Part shown: in pieces, positions 25,912-39,329 of the stretch
Position numbering within the stretch: the first letter of the stretch is position 1
How the letters are laid out: each line of letters begins with the position of its first letter
Assembly: GCF_006345805.1 (NCBI RefSeq)
Contig: NC_043009.1
Location: 58,652,001-58,716,000, forward strand
Direction: 5' to 3'
DNA: 64,000 bases
DNA from: Octopus sinensis
Lineage: Eukaryota
Notes under the pieces: generated by a model
Databases searched by the model: none
Seen by the model: only the letters and a program-made list of their open reading frames with translations
What the model was told of the DNA's origin: nothing
Translations under genes and position numbers: made by a program

Positions 25912-26165
25912 GTATGTATGCATGTATGTATGCATGCATGTATGTGTGTATGTATGTATGTATGTATGTATGTATGTATGTATGTATGTATGTATGTGTG
26001 TATGTATGTATGTATGCATGCTTGTATGTATGTATGTCTGTATGTATGTATGCATGTATGTATGTATGTATGTATGTATGTATGTATGTATGTATGTATG
26101 TATGTATGTATGTATGCAGCTATCTATCTACGTATCTATCTGTCTATCCATCTATCTATCTATCT
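25650..26165. repeat. Compound (TA)n/(CATA)n/(TG)n/(TATG)n/(CTAT)n array
   Basis: Directly visible. Confidence 0.95.
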
Positions 26166-26326
26166 ATTTTCATTCTATGGATATTACGATTTTATGAAAT
26201 GTATATTTATGTGTCTGCGCATGCATAAGGTGTAAGGAGGTGCGTATTTACAAATTTACATGGAGAGTTTGAGTGCGTGTGAGTGTAAATCATTCTATAA
26301 AATATGTGTATATATGTATATATATA

Positions 26327-26374
<48 letters not shown>

Positions 26375-27845
26375 GTGTGTGTGCGTATGTGTGTGTATTT
26401 CACACATGCGTACTTAAGTGTAAATCCCATACAGACACACGTATATATATACAAATATTTACGGATATGTATATGTGTATATAACATATACGTATATGTA
26501 TGTGCTCCCGCGTATGTGTTTCTGTGTCAGTGTACAATTCACATCCACACCACCTTCAAAAGCATTGATCTGATATGTCACAACCTCGTAAAATGCCTTA
26601 AAGTGTAACCCATATTGCCAATTTGCCACATATTTGTAGGTTATAATATAATCACTTATGCACTATGTCCAATTGCGCATGCGTACAAATTCAAACGCTC
26701 TGCTCACACAGATAGACACTTTTACATGTATGCATGTATGCGTGCGCACTTGTATTTGTTTGTGTATGTGGGTTTATTTGGTTGTATGTTTGCGTCTGTG
26801 TGTGCGTGTGTGTGTGGTGTGTGTGTGTGCGTGTGTGTGTATAAAGTAGTGAGGATACGAAGACAATTTGGCAAGGCATGACCAGGACATTTAATTCTTA
26901 CCATACAGCTATTCGTGCGCCTATATATATATATATATAGAAGGCAAAAATACAAAGTGTATTAGAAGGAGTTCAGGAAAATTAAAAGGAAATATCGTTT
27001 ATGTTTCGAGCATACGCTCTTCTACTTAAAAAAAAAGACGAAGAGGGAAAGGAAAATGGAAAGAGACAAGAACACAATTGTCTCAGTTAGACGGTTACCA
27101 AATGTATATATGTAAACAGACATACACATATATGTGTAAACACGCACACACATATATACACATGCAATATTTATAAATGCACACCATGTTTGATTACGCC
27201 CGCAGTTGTGCAAATGCATTTTCATCCTATATCTGTATGTGTGTGTGTGTAGATATATGAGTACATTTGTATGTATATATATATATATATATTATTTATA
27301 TATAAATGTGTGTGTGCGTGTGTGTGCATTTGCGTGATTCCATATGTGTATACACACACATACGCAGAGAAGCACATATGTACACTCTCACGCTCCCTCC
27401 TACTCTCCCTCTTACAACACATACACACATACTTTATCACTTTCTGACAAGAAATGAGGACCTCGTCAGATTTACCCGTTACATGTTCCCAGTCCTTGTA
27501 TTGACGTGTTGTTAGGGTGCGGTTAGCTAAATCCGTTAATGAACATTCGACGAGGAAATCAAAACGAATTCAATAATTGTAATAATCTATATGGTGAAAG
27601 CTTCATCACTGTTACAGATTCACTGAGAATTCGGTGTCGTTCGTTACTCGATAAAGTATTTCAGTACGCATTACAACACTCAAATACGACGCCATTCTTT
27701 GCATACATTAAAACTATACAGCGTACTGAATTATCTAACACCGGGTGAAAGCCCAGAGAATAGCTTACGCGCAAACCTTAATATACGCCATCTCCTGCTG
27801 GTATGGTGTACAGCTTTGTTTCTTTGCATTATATTGTGACTGTGT

Positions 27846-28125
27846 AGGCGCAGGGGTTAGGGCAGCGGTTTCGATTCCCAGACCGGGCGTTGTGTATGTT
27901 TGTTGAGCAAAAACATCTAAAGCTCCACGAGGGTACGGCAGCGGGTATTGGCGACCCCTGTTGTACTCTTTCGCCCCAACTTTCTCTCACTCGTTCTTCC
28001 TGTTTCTTGGGTAACGTTGCGATAGACTGGCCTCCCGTCCAGCTGGGGGGGGGAGCACATACGCCACAGAAACCGGGAAGCCGGGCCCATGAACCTGGCT
28101 AGGCTTGAAAAGGGCGCATAAATAA
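27846..28125 (+). mobile_element. SINE B, tail variant 1, head internally deleted
   Basis: ggttagggcagcg joined directly to gtttcgattcccagaccgggcg; tail matches 24560-24680. Confidence 0.85.
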
Positions 28126-28634
28126 AATAAATTATATTGTTACAGACATGTTTTCCTAATATATTTTCCAACTTCCATTCAATTTCATCAGTTTGCTTTT
28201 CATAATTTTGCTTTTCAACTTTTGCCGTCATATATTTCATGATATTTGAAAGTATTGCTTCTACCAAGAATTGATAATCCATTGTTTAAGCCCAGGTATA
28301 AAAGCTTTGCTCTGTTAACGTTTCTTATTCTTTGTAAAAATCGCACATGACTGTACATGGTGCATAAAAATAAAGTGTGACTTATGACTGGCTGTATCGT
28401 ATGGAAATTAAATATTTTACCTATAGGGCGCGATAGTCCAGCGTATCCTCCCGGAGGGAAAAAATGGGAAATAGCCCACTAGTAGATGCTCTCAACCTCA
28501 TTTTCGCGAATGTGTTAACATTGTTCATTCTTTATTTGCAAGAACGAATAGACTGTGTAATATTTAAATAATAATAAATAAATGCACACACACACCGACA
28601 CACACAAACACGTGAACACGCACATACACACATA

Positions 28635-28721
28635 CGAGGGCCTGTGGAAAAGTAGCTGGCTTTGGCTAAAAGAATATAGTTAATTATGATTGCATTCAAA
28701 ATATTCTCCTCTCAGACACAC

Positions 28722-28765
<44 letters not shown>

Positions 28766-28874
28766 CAACACTCCTGCAGTTTTTCTAAACACTGTAAAAG
28801 AACTCGGAATTTTGAGCCTCCAACCAGGCCCTTTGCGACACCCTTAAAACCAGGAACTATTCAGCACCTCTCCG
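28635..28874. mobile_element. mariner-derived MITE
   Basis: TA-flanked imperfect TIRs cgagggcctgtggaaaagtagctggctt / aaccaggaactattcagcacctctccg; internal (CA)n. Confidence 0.65.
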
Positions 28875-28906
<32 letters not shown>

Positions 28907-29277
28907 CGGACAATTTTTCGCTGTTAATAAAATATGTAATTTTACTCACATAACATATATCTGTAGTTCTTCAGCCGAAACCGTCCAGAATACAATCTAC
29001 TCCACCGCACGCTAGATTTCACCATAAGGATAAACACACGTGCGGTCCAGTCGACTGCATTCGCTGTTATAATTCAAGTGCCCCTGCCACGGCCCGCCAA
29101 AATTCATGGAAACAGATACTACATCCAAAATTAAATGTAGCATAATTACAATCAACTAATAAGGGTGAAAAAATTGGATACTAATTTAATAGTACATCCA
29201 TTTAACACCAAGTGGCTTAGTGCATAAAAAACCCGGATATATATATAACGTATCTGTGTATCTACCAGCGCACAGCC

Positions 29278-29570
<293 letters not shown>

Positions 29571-29597
29571 TATATATATATGTACACACAACTTGAT

Positions 29598-29686
29598 ATT
29601 TCTTATCGTTTCACTTCGTTAGATATATTTGTTATCGTTTCACTTCGTTAGAAAAATTTCTTATCGTTTCACTTCGCTAGAAAAAT
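29598..29686. repeat. 29-bp minisatellite, 3 copies
   Basis: atttcttatcgtttcacttcgttagatat at 29598, 29627, 29656. Confidence 0.9.
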
Positions 29687-30439
29687 TACAATAAGAAAAG
29701 AAATATAAGGCTTACTTTGCAAATGGGCACCAAATCTACTTACCTGACGGCCTATATATCTAAGGTGAGAATACTCTGAGAAACCTTAATGTGACAATAT
29801 TGGCTGGTTCTATTTCGAATAAACTCTGTCTGTTTCTCTCAGAATTAAGGCTTATAGGATATAATTCTGCATCTTCCTTTGCGTATGTGTGTGTCTTATT
29901 GATTGAAATGAATATACTTTTGCATTCATTGAAAGTATATTCGTTAAACCTGTTAAAACCGCTAGGCAAACATCATCTTAGAAGTTACAGTTAAATGAAT
30001 TCTATATAGACCTCAAAATTAAATTTTGTTCTCAACCAAAAATGTTTCTATATTTCTATGTTTATTAAAAGATATCAAATTTTAGAAATTTTAAAACGGC
30101 ATTTCTCAGTTTATATTTCTTAATGAAAAATATAAGCGTTAAAATATAATAAACTCGAAATGAATAGAAATGTATTTCAGTCGAATGAGTATTCGAAACA
30201 TTTCTTTTAAGTTTAAAACAAAAATACTTTTGGCAAATGGTGAACAGCAATTTTAATAAGTTTTCTTGTAAAAATAATTTCACCCAACGTATACCATGCC
30301 ACCAAGATCTTATGCACAGAATTAAGAATAAACAAAATCAATTCAACAAATTAATAATCCATGTAAGGAATGGGCCTGTAATAGAGGTTATAAGTGAAAT
30401 TAACGTATACCATTTCTATAGCATTGTTCATGATTTCAA

Positions 30440-30860
30440 AAAGAGGTGCGAAATGAAGTGTGCATGAGGGCGTGATTGTGCTGACAATGTTATATGGTGC
30501 AGAGACGTAGGAGCTGAGAGAAGCGGAAAGGAGGCGACCAAAAATAAAAAGGTTAATTAAAAACAAAAATTTTGAGTGTGACACAGATGGACAGGATGAG
30601 GAATGAGGAGATGCAATGGGGAACAGGAATGAGAAAAAAAAAGCTAACAACAAAAATTGAGACGAATGTTGAGTAGGTTTGGCCACATGGAGAGGATGGA
30701 TGAGGAGTGGGTTTTAAGGAGAGTAATGAAGGTAGAAGTGGCAGGCAGACCTCAGTTTGTGAGGATGGATGGAGTGAGGAAAGCTTTGGTAGTTAAAGGT
30801 GTTGGAGTGAGAGAGGCAAGCGTGTTTAGAAATGACAGGAATGTTTGTGGATGGATGAGT
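30440..30860 (+). pseudogene. RTE-clade LINE ORF2 C-terminal remnant
   Basis: Frameshifted remnants VLTMLYGAET, MDRMRNEE and LSRFGHMERMDEEWVLRRVM..VAGRP, typical of the post-RT region of RTE elements. Confidence 0.8.
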
Positions 30861-31099
30861 GAATTTGATGTTGCCCAAAGGAGAACGGAGCCAGCATGAT
30901 GCGGCGTGGATAAACCAGCATATGCTATCGAGCCCGCTACTGAAATTTGGGGTTGCATTCTCTGCTTACATTCGAGCATACACTTTGAGCTTGGAAATGA
31001 ATGAAACGCCTGAAGTGTGTCTTGTTGTGGCTACCCCCTCCTAAGAAAATATAGGAAATATGCCTGGGTATATATAAAAACAGATTTCAATGATTTCAT

Positions 31100-31372
31100 T
31101 TACTCTTTTACTCTCTTGTTTCTTTTACTTGTTTCAGTCATTTGACTGCGGCCATGCTGGAGCACCGCCTTTAATCGAGCAAATCGACCCCAGGACTTAT
31201 TCTTTGGAAGCCGAATACTTATTCTATCGGTCTCTTCTGCCGAACCGTTAAGTGGCGGAGACGTAAACATACCAGCATCGGTTGTCAAGTGATGGTGGGG
31301 GGATAAACACATCACACACACAACACACACACACACACCCACACACCACACACACACACACACCACACACAC

Positions 31373-31418
<46 letters not shown>

Positions 31419-31592
31419 TATACATATATACGACGGGCTTATTTCAGTTTCCGTCTACCAAATCCACTCACAAGGCTATGGTCGGCCCGAGGGAGGCTAT
31501 AGTAGAAGACACTTGCCCAAAGTGCAACGCAGTGGGACTGAACCTGGAACAATGTGGTTGCTAAGCAAGCTAGTTACCACACAGCCACTCCT
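31100..31592 (-). mobile_element. SINE D, full length, with expanded central (CA)n/(TA)n
   Basis: Reverse-strand match to other D copies. Confidence 0.92.
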
Positions 31593-31799
31593 CCATAGAT
31601 TTTAGTAAAAATATCATACCCAAATGTACTAATAAGTCCCACCAAAATTTTCAAAAGCGCTGTTTTAACATGAATAGTTTTCATGATGGTTTCACCAATG
31701 AGGAAATAGAAAAACCATTTCCTGTAGATGAAACGGTTCTGTTTAATAATGATCAATGTTCATATCGGGGCAACCCTTAGACTTTACTATAAATTACTT

Positions 31800-32140
31800 G
31801 AATACATTAACTGTTTAAGGCTTACCATTATACACATTAAAATTGATAACTAATGTTATAATCATTCTCCCAAGTACAGCTGGGGAATTAATAGCATGTG
31901 TAACAGTACAAGTTTAGTTGTTAAAGACATTAAAAAAGAATTATGAAGGCGAAAATGGTAACCGAAGGTCGTCATTACGGAAAAAAAATGTTCATTCCAA
32001 GAATCAGTCTTTCTTCAATCGGTGGAGAATTACCGTTTCAATTAATTAAACAACAATTTTCTATAATGTATTAGGGGTGACGATAATAATTAATTAATCA
32101 CAAGGGCAAACATTTGAGTAGATTAGTTTATGACTATCAA
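31800..32140 (+). pseudogene. Helitron PIF1-like helicase C-terminal remnant
   Basis: Frameshifted GLPLYTLKL, MCNSTSLVVK, MFIPRISL..ELPFQLIKQQF, VTI..SQGQTFE correspond to the GLPPH.LKL / LCNGTRL / IPRI..LPF..RRQFP / TINKSQGQT motifs. Confidence 0.8.
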
Positions 32141-32180
32141 AGCTCACTATCCACACATGTGCAACTGTATAATGCCTTAT

Positions 32181-32262
<82 letters not shown>

Positions 32263-32350
32263 AATATATATCTGTGTGTGTCTTTCATTGTGTGTGTGCA
32301 TATATATACATACATACATACATACATGCACATATACATATATTTATATG

Positions 32351-32381
<31 letters not shown>

Positions 32382-33664
32382 TTATACACACACACATATA
32401 TCATTACTTATATATATGTATATGTGTGTGTGTGTTTATGTGTGCTAAATGACAAACATGCCATAAAATTATTTGTATACGAAGTTCTCATTTAGAAATA
32501 TTTCTGACAATAACATATTAATTACGGTCATACAGAAGAGCAAATACGATTTCTCAACACAGCATTTGGCTTGCCATCATTTGCACTCGAACTTAAGAAA
32601 TATGAAATATTTCATTTGCTGCTCATTTATTTCCACTTTTCTATTTATGCTGAATTCGCTACTTTCAATATTTGAATTTCAATTGGTTTTATCGACGATT
32701 AACAGAAAACAACTTCCATGGACAGCACAAAGTATCAAAGCATGTACCAATGCAAAGATAGGACACATTTCAAGAGAGTTTTTCATTCTATTCAATCTGC
32801 TGCATTTCATTTATTCATTTACCTTTGCGTTGCTGAAGTACACTTCTGTAACATTCGTGGAAAATTACATATTAGCAACAAGTTTGCATATTGAAAACAC
32901 CAGAGCATTAATACCATCTGAACACTATAATTGCAGCTGGTGGGATTACAACATCAATTACATGCAAACTTTATTATAATCTACATATACTTCGTTCACT
33001 CATTCATCATCTCTTACTGTTTTCATATCCTTTTTCATACCAACTAATTTAAATATTACTCTGCTTTCTATAACTGTCCTTTCGCATGAGAACAGTTCAA
33101 ACTAGTTCATAAGTAACAGGAGTTGTTTACACAACATCGAGGACGGCAATGGGGAAAGAATTTCAACCAACTCTTATCATGCAATAAATATACTTCATTC
33201 ATTGATCATTCATTTTCACTTTTCTCTTTCAAAATTTACGTCGCATTTTTGTAAACTTCTATAAAGATTAACCATCAACGTCTTACAAAGATAATTCAAA
33301 CTATGAAATATGTTATTCATCAATACATTACAAAATTCACTATATAAACCTACAGTATTTATAACATTTGCAATATTTTATAATTCTAGACTTAAAGAGA
33401 TTTACTTCTTATATACGTTTTTGATCGCCTTGCTTGCATGCAAATGATGTTACTTTCCTTTTTAATAATTATTGATCTATTTATATTTTTTACTTTTTTG
33501 ACCTCCTCCTCCCAACTTCCCCAAATCACAAAAAGCTACGAAAGGGCTTAATCCGATTTTTTATGCAATTTCTGAAAAACAATTTTTGTAATCTGTACTT
33601 ACAGTAATCGATAAATAAATATTCAATGTAAATTGGATTAATATATTTATCTATATATTTATTT

Positions 33665-33668
33665 GTTA

Positions 33669-33738
<70 letters not shown>
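33665..33738. repeat. (ATT)n microsatellite
   Basis: Directly visible. Confidence 0.95.
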
Positions 33739-33739
<1 letters not shown>

Positions 33740-34530
33740 GCTTACTTTACAAAGCCAGAAAGACTTTCAATATCACGTACGAAGGGGGAATCTCACGAAG
33801 GGGGAATGTCTTTCATCAGATTCATTTCCTTCTTGACCGCCATGTTATTTTGCGTTATGTCTAATATTAATTACATTATTCCATGACTCGTTAAGGTGAT
33901 AGGGTCTGACTTGGGAGCAATTTTAACATATTTAAAATAATAGAAATGCTTAAACATGTAAGAAACCCATTGAGTGTGTTCCGAATATTAATTTGAAGCT
34001 ATTTTAAACTATCAACGACGGAGAAATTATTGCACATGCCAGCGAAATATTCTTAAACACTTTAAACAATAGACACAAATGAACTGCAGTATTTGTTTTA
34101 ACCATAACCAGGTGTTTATTGGGGAATACAATGTATAGGAATTTATAATATAATATTAAAGCAAATCACTATATTTAAAATGGTGTGTTCGCACTCGTAT
34201 AAATATAAGATATACAAATATATTCGAATGACATAAAGTAATAAAGAAAGAATGTCTGAGAGGAAGAGGATGGAGAAAAGAGGCAGAGGTAGGCAGTTAA
34301 GGGGTAGGTAATTTGTAAGATTTTACGGTGGTTATAAAGAGCTTCGTCGAATGAATTTTCCTTTCAGTATCCATATTTAAGTTCCTGAACGCAAGAGATA
34401 TTGATGCATTGTATCAGCCGAATACACATTTATGTACCTATACACATACACACACGCACGCACACACTCACACACAACACACATACGCTCACACACTCAC
34501 AAACACACACCACATACACATGTATATACC

Positions 34531-34567
<37 letters not shown>

Positions 34568-34574
34568 GAGGGGG

Positions 34575-34781
34575 AGATTCAGATGAATATGGTACTTAAA
34601 TTGAGGCCCCACAATTTAGTACGGTATTATCCGTACAATTTCAAGGTAAGGTGATTAAAATCAAAATAAGCAACAAGGATATCTAGAGGTAATGCAGTAC
34701 GATCGTTTCATGCAAGTACATGGAGTTGCATGAAACGATCGTACTGCATTACCTCTGGATATCCTTGTTGCTTATGTTGAT
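34575..34781. mobile_element. Unclassified microsatellite-flanked element ending in a ~56-bp-arm hairpin, copy 1
   Basis: Colinear with 46419-46588; hairpin 34660-34781 with 10-nt loop 34716-34725. Confidence 0.75.
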
Positions 34782-35089
34782 ATATATATGCAATGTCTGC
34801 ACATAGTTTATTCATTTCCATAAGCACATTTGCTAAAAATTGAGAGGGACTACTGATTGGATATTTCACGATGTCCTTCTCAGAGAAAGATATACCCGGC
34901 TATGTCCCCCACCAATAAAGAAGACATATTACTCAACTTCTATATAAACCAGTCAGTCATAAATTAAGCTAGTACCAGACGAGACTTGCATATTTGTGGG
35001 TTTAACTTAACAATATATATACATATATACATTCATGCACAACCCATTGAATTAGAACTGAAATAAATTTTGATAATACACACACATAC

Positions 35090-35443
35090 TACAGCCGGAG
35101 TCGGGCTTACCTTTCACTTTTTCAGGGTCACTTAAATAAGTAGAAGTTGACTACTGTGGTGAAATGGACTTATCCCTCTCCCTGAATTTGCTGGGCTTGT
35201 GCCAAAATTTGAAACCAATATTAAACACACATTAAGACGGTGAGCTGGCAGAATCGTTGGCGAAATACTTAGAGGTATTTCGCCCGTCTTTACGTTCGGA
35301 GTTCAAATTCCGCCGAAGGTCGACTTCGCCTTTCATCCATAAGGAATCAATAAAATAAGTACTAGATGAGTACTGGAGGCCGTTAATTGACTCATCCCCT
35401 CCCCTAGCATGCTGGCCTCGTGCCAAAATTTGAAATCAATATT
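35090..35443 (+). mobile_element. Two tandem SINE A (tail variant 2) copies: older 35090-35222, younger 35234-35443
   Basis: Each ends gtgccaaaatttgaaa(c/t)caatatt and is followed by aaacacacat. Confidence 0.8.
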
Positions 35444-35515
35444 AAACACACATATACACATTTACATACACATACTTATACACATGCATTCACACAGAAT
35501 CCCACACATACAAGT

Positions 35516-35856
35516 GGTGGTGACCCCCTTCGGTCAGACACTGACCATGGGTTTGCACCTAGAGAGTTACTCTCTGAGGCACAAGTCTGGGCAAGTTTGT
35601 TTTATGGAAGACCAGCAGTCGCCCATGCATACTGGCCTCCCCTCTCCACGTCACCGATGTTATCCAAGGGAAAGGCAAAGGGGCCGATACAGCTTGGCAC
35701 CTGTGACGCCGCAACTCATTTCTACAGCTGAGTGAACTGGAGCAACGTGAAATAAAGAGTCTTGCTCAAGAACACAACACGCAGCCCGGTCCGGGATTCG
35801 AGCTCACAACCTCACGATCGTAAGCTCGATGCTCTAACCACTGAGCCACTCGCCTT
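35516..35856 (-). mobile_element. SINE C, full length, with 11-bp TSD
   Basis: TSD cacatacaagt at 35505-35515 and 35857-35867. Confidence 0.92.
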
Positions 35857-36039
35857 CACATACAAGTATGCATATACGTATACATCAGAAAGGCGGTGGT
35901 GGAGAACAGCAAGAACCTAAACGCATGCGGAATGACCGTCTCATGATTTGTTGACCGTCACGCAGAAAACTGTGCTTGGTTTACTCCCGAACCACATGAA
36001 TAGTAACACAATATTTAGCTACTATATTTAGCTACTATT

Positions 36040-36260
36040 AAGGCGGCGAGCTGGCAGAAACGTTAGCAGGCCGGGCGAAATGCTTAGTGGTATTTCGTCT
36101 GCCGTTACGTTCCGAGTTCAAATTCCGCCGAGGTCGACTTTGCCTTTCATCCTTCCGGGGTCGATAAATTAAGTACCAGTTACGCACTGGGGTCGATGTA
36201 ATCGACTTAATCCGTTTGTCTGTCCTCTGTGTTTAGCCCCTTGTGGGTAGTAAACAAATA
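36040..36260 (+). mobile_element. SINE A (tail variant 1), full length
   Basis: Near-identical to 840-1071; flanking repeat atatttagctact. Confidence 0.92.
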
Positions 36261-38294
36261 AATATTTAGCTACTCTATAAAGATGCCCTGAATTACGCTG
36301 GGCCATTAATGGATATCCTAATATAGATTAGTGTATTTTTAGCAACATCAGAATAGATCACATGTTTTTTGTTAACTGCATTAGAAGGCGTTAAACATCA
36401 TTTATGCTCAACATAGCAGGAATCGAGGACTCAGATTAAGTTGCTTACTTCCGGCGTAGGTTATTTTTATGCTACCATAATAATCACGAAGACTCACTGT
36501 TAATGTATTGTTATTCTCATTCTATTTGGTAGCTAAATTCGAGTTAACCTTTCTTAACCCAACGGAATATGTATGCACACACGCACACACACAAACAAAC
36601 AATACTTTAGAGCCAGTTATTTTTAGCGATGCACCGTAAAACCAAGATTGTTACTATATATGTATTAATGAGCGAAGTCTTGTTGACAGTAGATCACGCC
36701 CTTATCGTAAATAGCACTGCGAACACACATCACTAGATTGTTACTTTATGCAAATGTAATGTTTTGATTGAAATATAAGGAAGTTATTTATCAATCATAC
36801 ACTGACTCGAAAATGTAGTACAGTTTGAGGCCATTATTTTCGAATAACAGTAATTGTGAGAGGTATCTAGCTGGACCATGAAATATATAATTATAGACGG
36901 CCTAGCGACGAACAATACTGTAAGATGAGCAAACTAACCCAGCCTTCAGAATGTTTTGAGAGCGAATGTGGGACAACAAAAGGACAATACAGCTAGGTCA
37001 TAACGAATGTCCTCCTAAAATTGGAGCGGCATGCGTGCTAATTTGTGGACGTGCATAAATTACATTCACATAGACACGCAAACACACATCCTGTCTTTTA
37101 TATATACATACATATATATAATATATATATATATACACTTATGTTTTGCCTTCTACTTTTCTGTTTGCATCGCCAAACATGTATTTATATATGTATGTTT
37201 ATTAGCGATGAATTGAGAGAGGAGATATTTATTGCATACATTTACCTGTTTCTCATCATGTTGTTATATAATACATGTTAAATCGATAACTACAAAGGTA
37301 TATAATATACATACACAAATATATATATTAACAAATATATGCGTGTGTTTACCCATATAAGGAAGGTGCTGCTTTAGAGAATGCACATATATATATAACG
37401 ACATATATAACTAATAAACGTACGTATCACATTAATATCTGCCTTGCTATCTAATTTCCTTTCCTTTCCTTTCCTTCCTTATCAATCTTATAAATTTGTA
37501 ACAGAGATTTTAAAAAGTATTGCTAACTAATTATAGGCGTCCACTTGAGTAACTCAATGAAAGTGTACTCAATCACTGCATCACGTCTTATTTAAAATTG
37601 TGGAAACTTTTTATGGCGGTAAATGGGTTACAATTCATGATTCTTAAGTGTTAAGCCTGATTCAACAGACAGTTCAAAAATTACGAGCGATGTCATTTTA
37701 AGGTCATATGTTGGCCTCACATATTTCAAATTGCCGAAACATTTTTCTGCTGTCGGTTGTAGTTTGAATAAAGTGTGTTACTATTTGGAATAACACAAAT
37801 CAGCAAAATATCAGAATGTCATTGCTTTTTATTCTAGAATAAAAACTAAAAATTTCACAAATAAATGTGTATTTGAATTGACCTTTCGGCCTCGCGGATA
37901 CTGGATTTCAGAAAAAAAAGTAATCACAAAAAAAAGTTTCTTTTTTTTTTGTGTTATAATCAGCTTTAAAAAGTTTATATATAATCCATTATACAGGTCA
38001 AAACATAATTTCAGTCATATCAGCTTTCCGAAAACTTTTGTTATTTTTTGCTATAATCGACAATTTTCAACTCATTTCCTGATCTCGACATCCAGAGGGT
38101 CAGATGTGAACTATACAACACTATTCCGCAAATATATAGCATGATTATACAACATGCGTTATATACATTACTACATTATATATTCAGGTTTCAATTCCAT
38201 GTATTGTCTTACTGTAAACATGTAATTTCAACTTATTTTACGATGTAAACTTCCTGAAAGCCGGAGGAGAAATATATAAAACTGTTCTACAAAG

Positions 38295-38449
38295 AGGTGC
38301 AGGAATGATTAACTTGTTTAGCGGTTCTATTTGCAACCATGTAGTTTCGCGTTCAATCCTGCGAGATCCGAGTTAAACAATGCCATGGGAGTAAATTTAG
38401 TAAATGGAAACTGTGTGGAAGCGCTTTGATAATGTATGTGTGTGTATGC

Positions 38450-38490
<41 letters not shown>

Positions 38491-38770
38491 CGCATGCATG
38501 TATGTATGTGTGTATGTTTGTATATATGTGTGTATGTACGCATGTATGTGTGTGTCTTTCAGTTTCCCTTTGTCCCTCCATACTGCTTGACAATGGTTTG
38601 AACTTGTTTTAGTTGGAACCTTTGACTTAGCGGTTCACCAATGTACATAGATAAAATAAATACCTGACTCAAAACAATATACCTACTGGGGTCGATTAGT
38701 TCGATTGAACCCTTCAAGGCCGTCAGCCAGCAGGTTTTGAGTTGAATGACTGAAACAAGGAAAGAGTAAA

Positions 38771-38772
<2 letters not shown>
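38295..38772 (+). mobile_element. SINE D, old diverged copy
   Basis: Head, central (TA/TG)n and aatgactgaaacaaggaaagagtaaaag tail. Confidence 0.75.
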
Positions 38773-38810
<38 letters not shown>

Positions 38811-38919
38811 TCTATATATATATAAGCATCACCACAGCTTCGGGATTGAAGTGTATGAAGAATAAAAGAATATTAGTTACAACATTTCACATTGTATTTA
38901 TATAATTTATTCGACTACA

Positions 38920-39275
38920 TTAACCCCTCGACTATCGTTGGTATTACGTTCCAAAATCTCCCGCAATACGTGAAAATCTACGAAGTAGAAACAATACTGT
39001 AATAAATGTTGTTTTTTTTTTATTTTGTAATTTATATATATTTATTTTATTATAAATGCAACACAGCACCACGGATGAATCGTGGTTTTCGGAAAGCTGA
39101 TATGACTGAAATTATGTTTTGACCTGTACACATGGCTTATATATAAACTTTTTAAAGTTGATTATAACACACACAGAAAAACAATAATAATATTGGGATT
39201 TGCATAAATGCAAAACAACACTACGGATGAATAAACCGCAATGGGTGAACTGCGATATGGCAAGTGTTTATTTTA
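38920..39275. mobile_element. Tigger/pogo-like MITE, same family as 60216-60433, with an internal insertion
   Basis: cccctcgactatcg left end; aataaaccgcaatgggtgaactgcgata right end is the reverse complement of the 60236-60265 segment. Confidence 0.6.
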
Positions 39276-39329
39276 TTGACATGTAAATAGAAAGATCTCG
39301 GCGAAAGATAGTACCCTTTGTTTGAATTT

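Noticed and set aside
27917-28282. 121-aa minus-strand ORF
   Set aside because: The C-terminal half is antisense SINE B; the 50-aa N-terminal part has no recognisable motif
29598-29686. 29-bp repeats as a CRISPR array
   Set aside because: Head-to-tail with no spacers
32473-32979. 168-aa plus-strand ORF
   Set aside because: No recognisable motif, F/I/L/S-biased as expected for AT-rich non-coding or antisense sequence; cannot be supported
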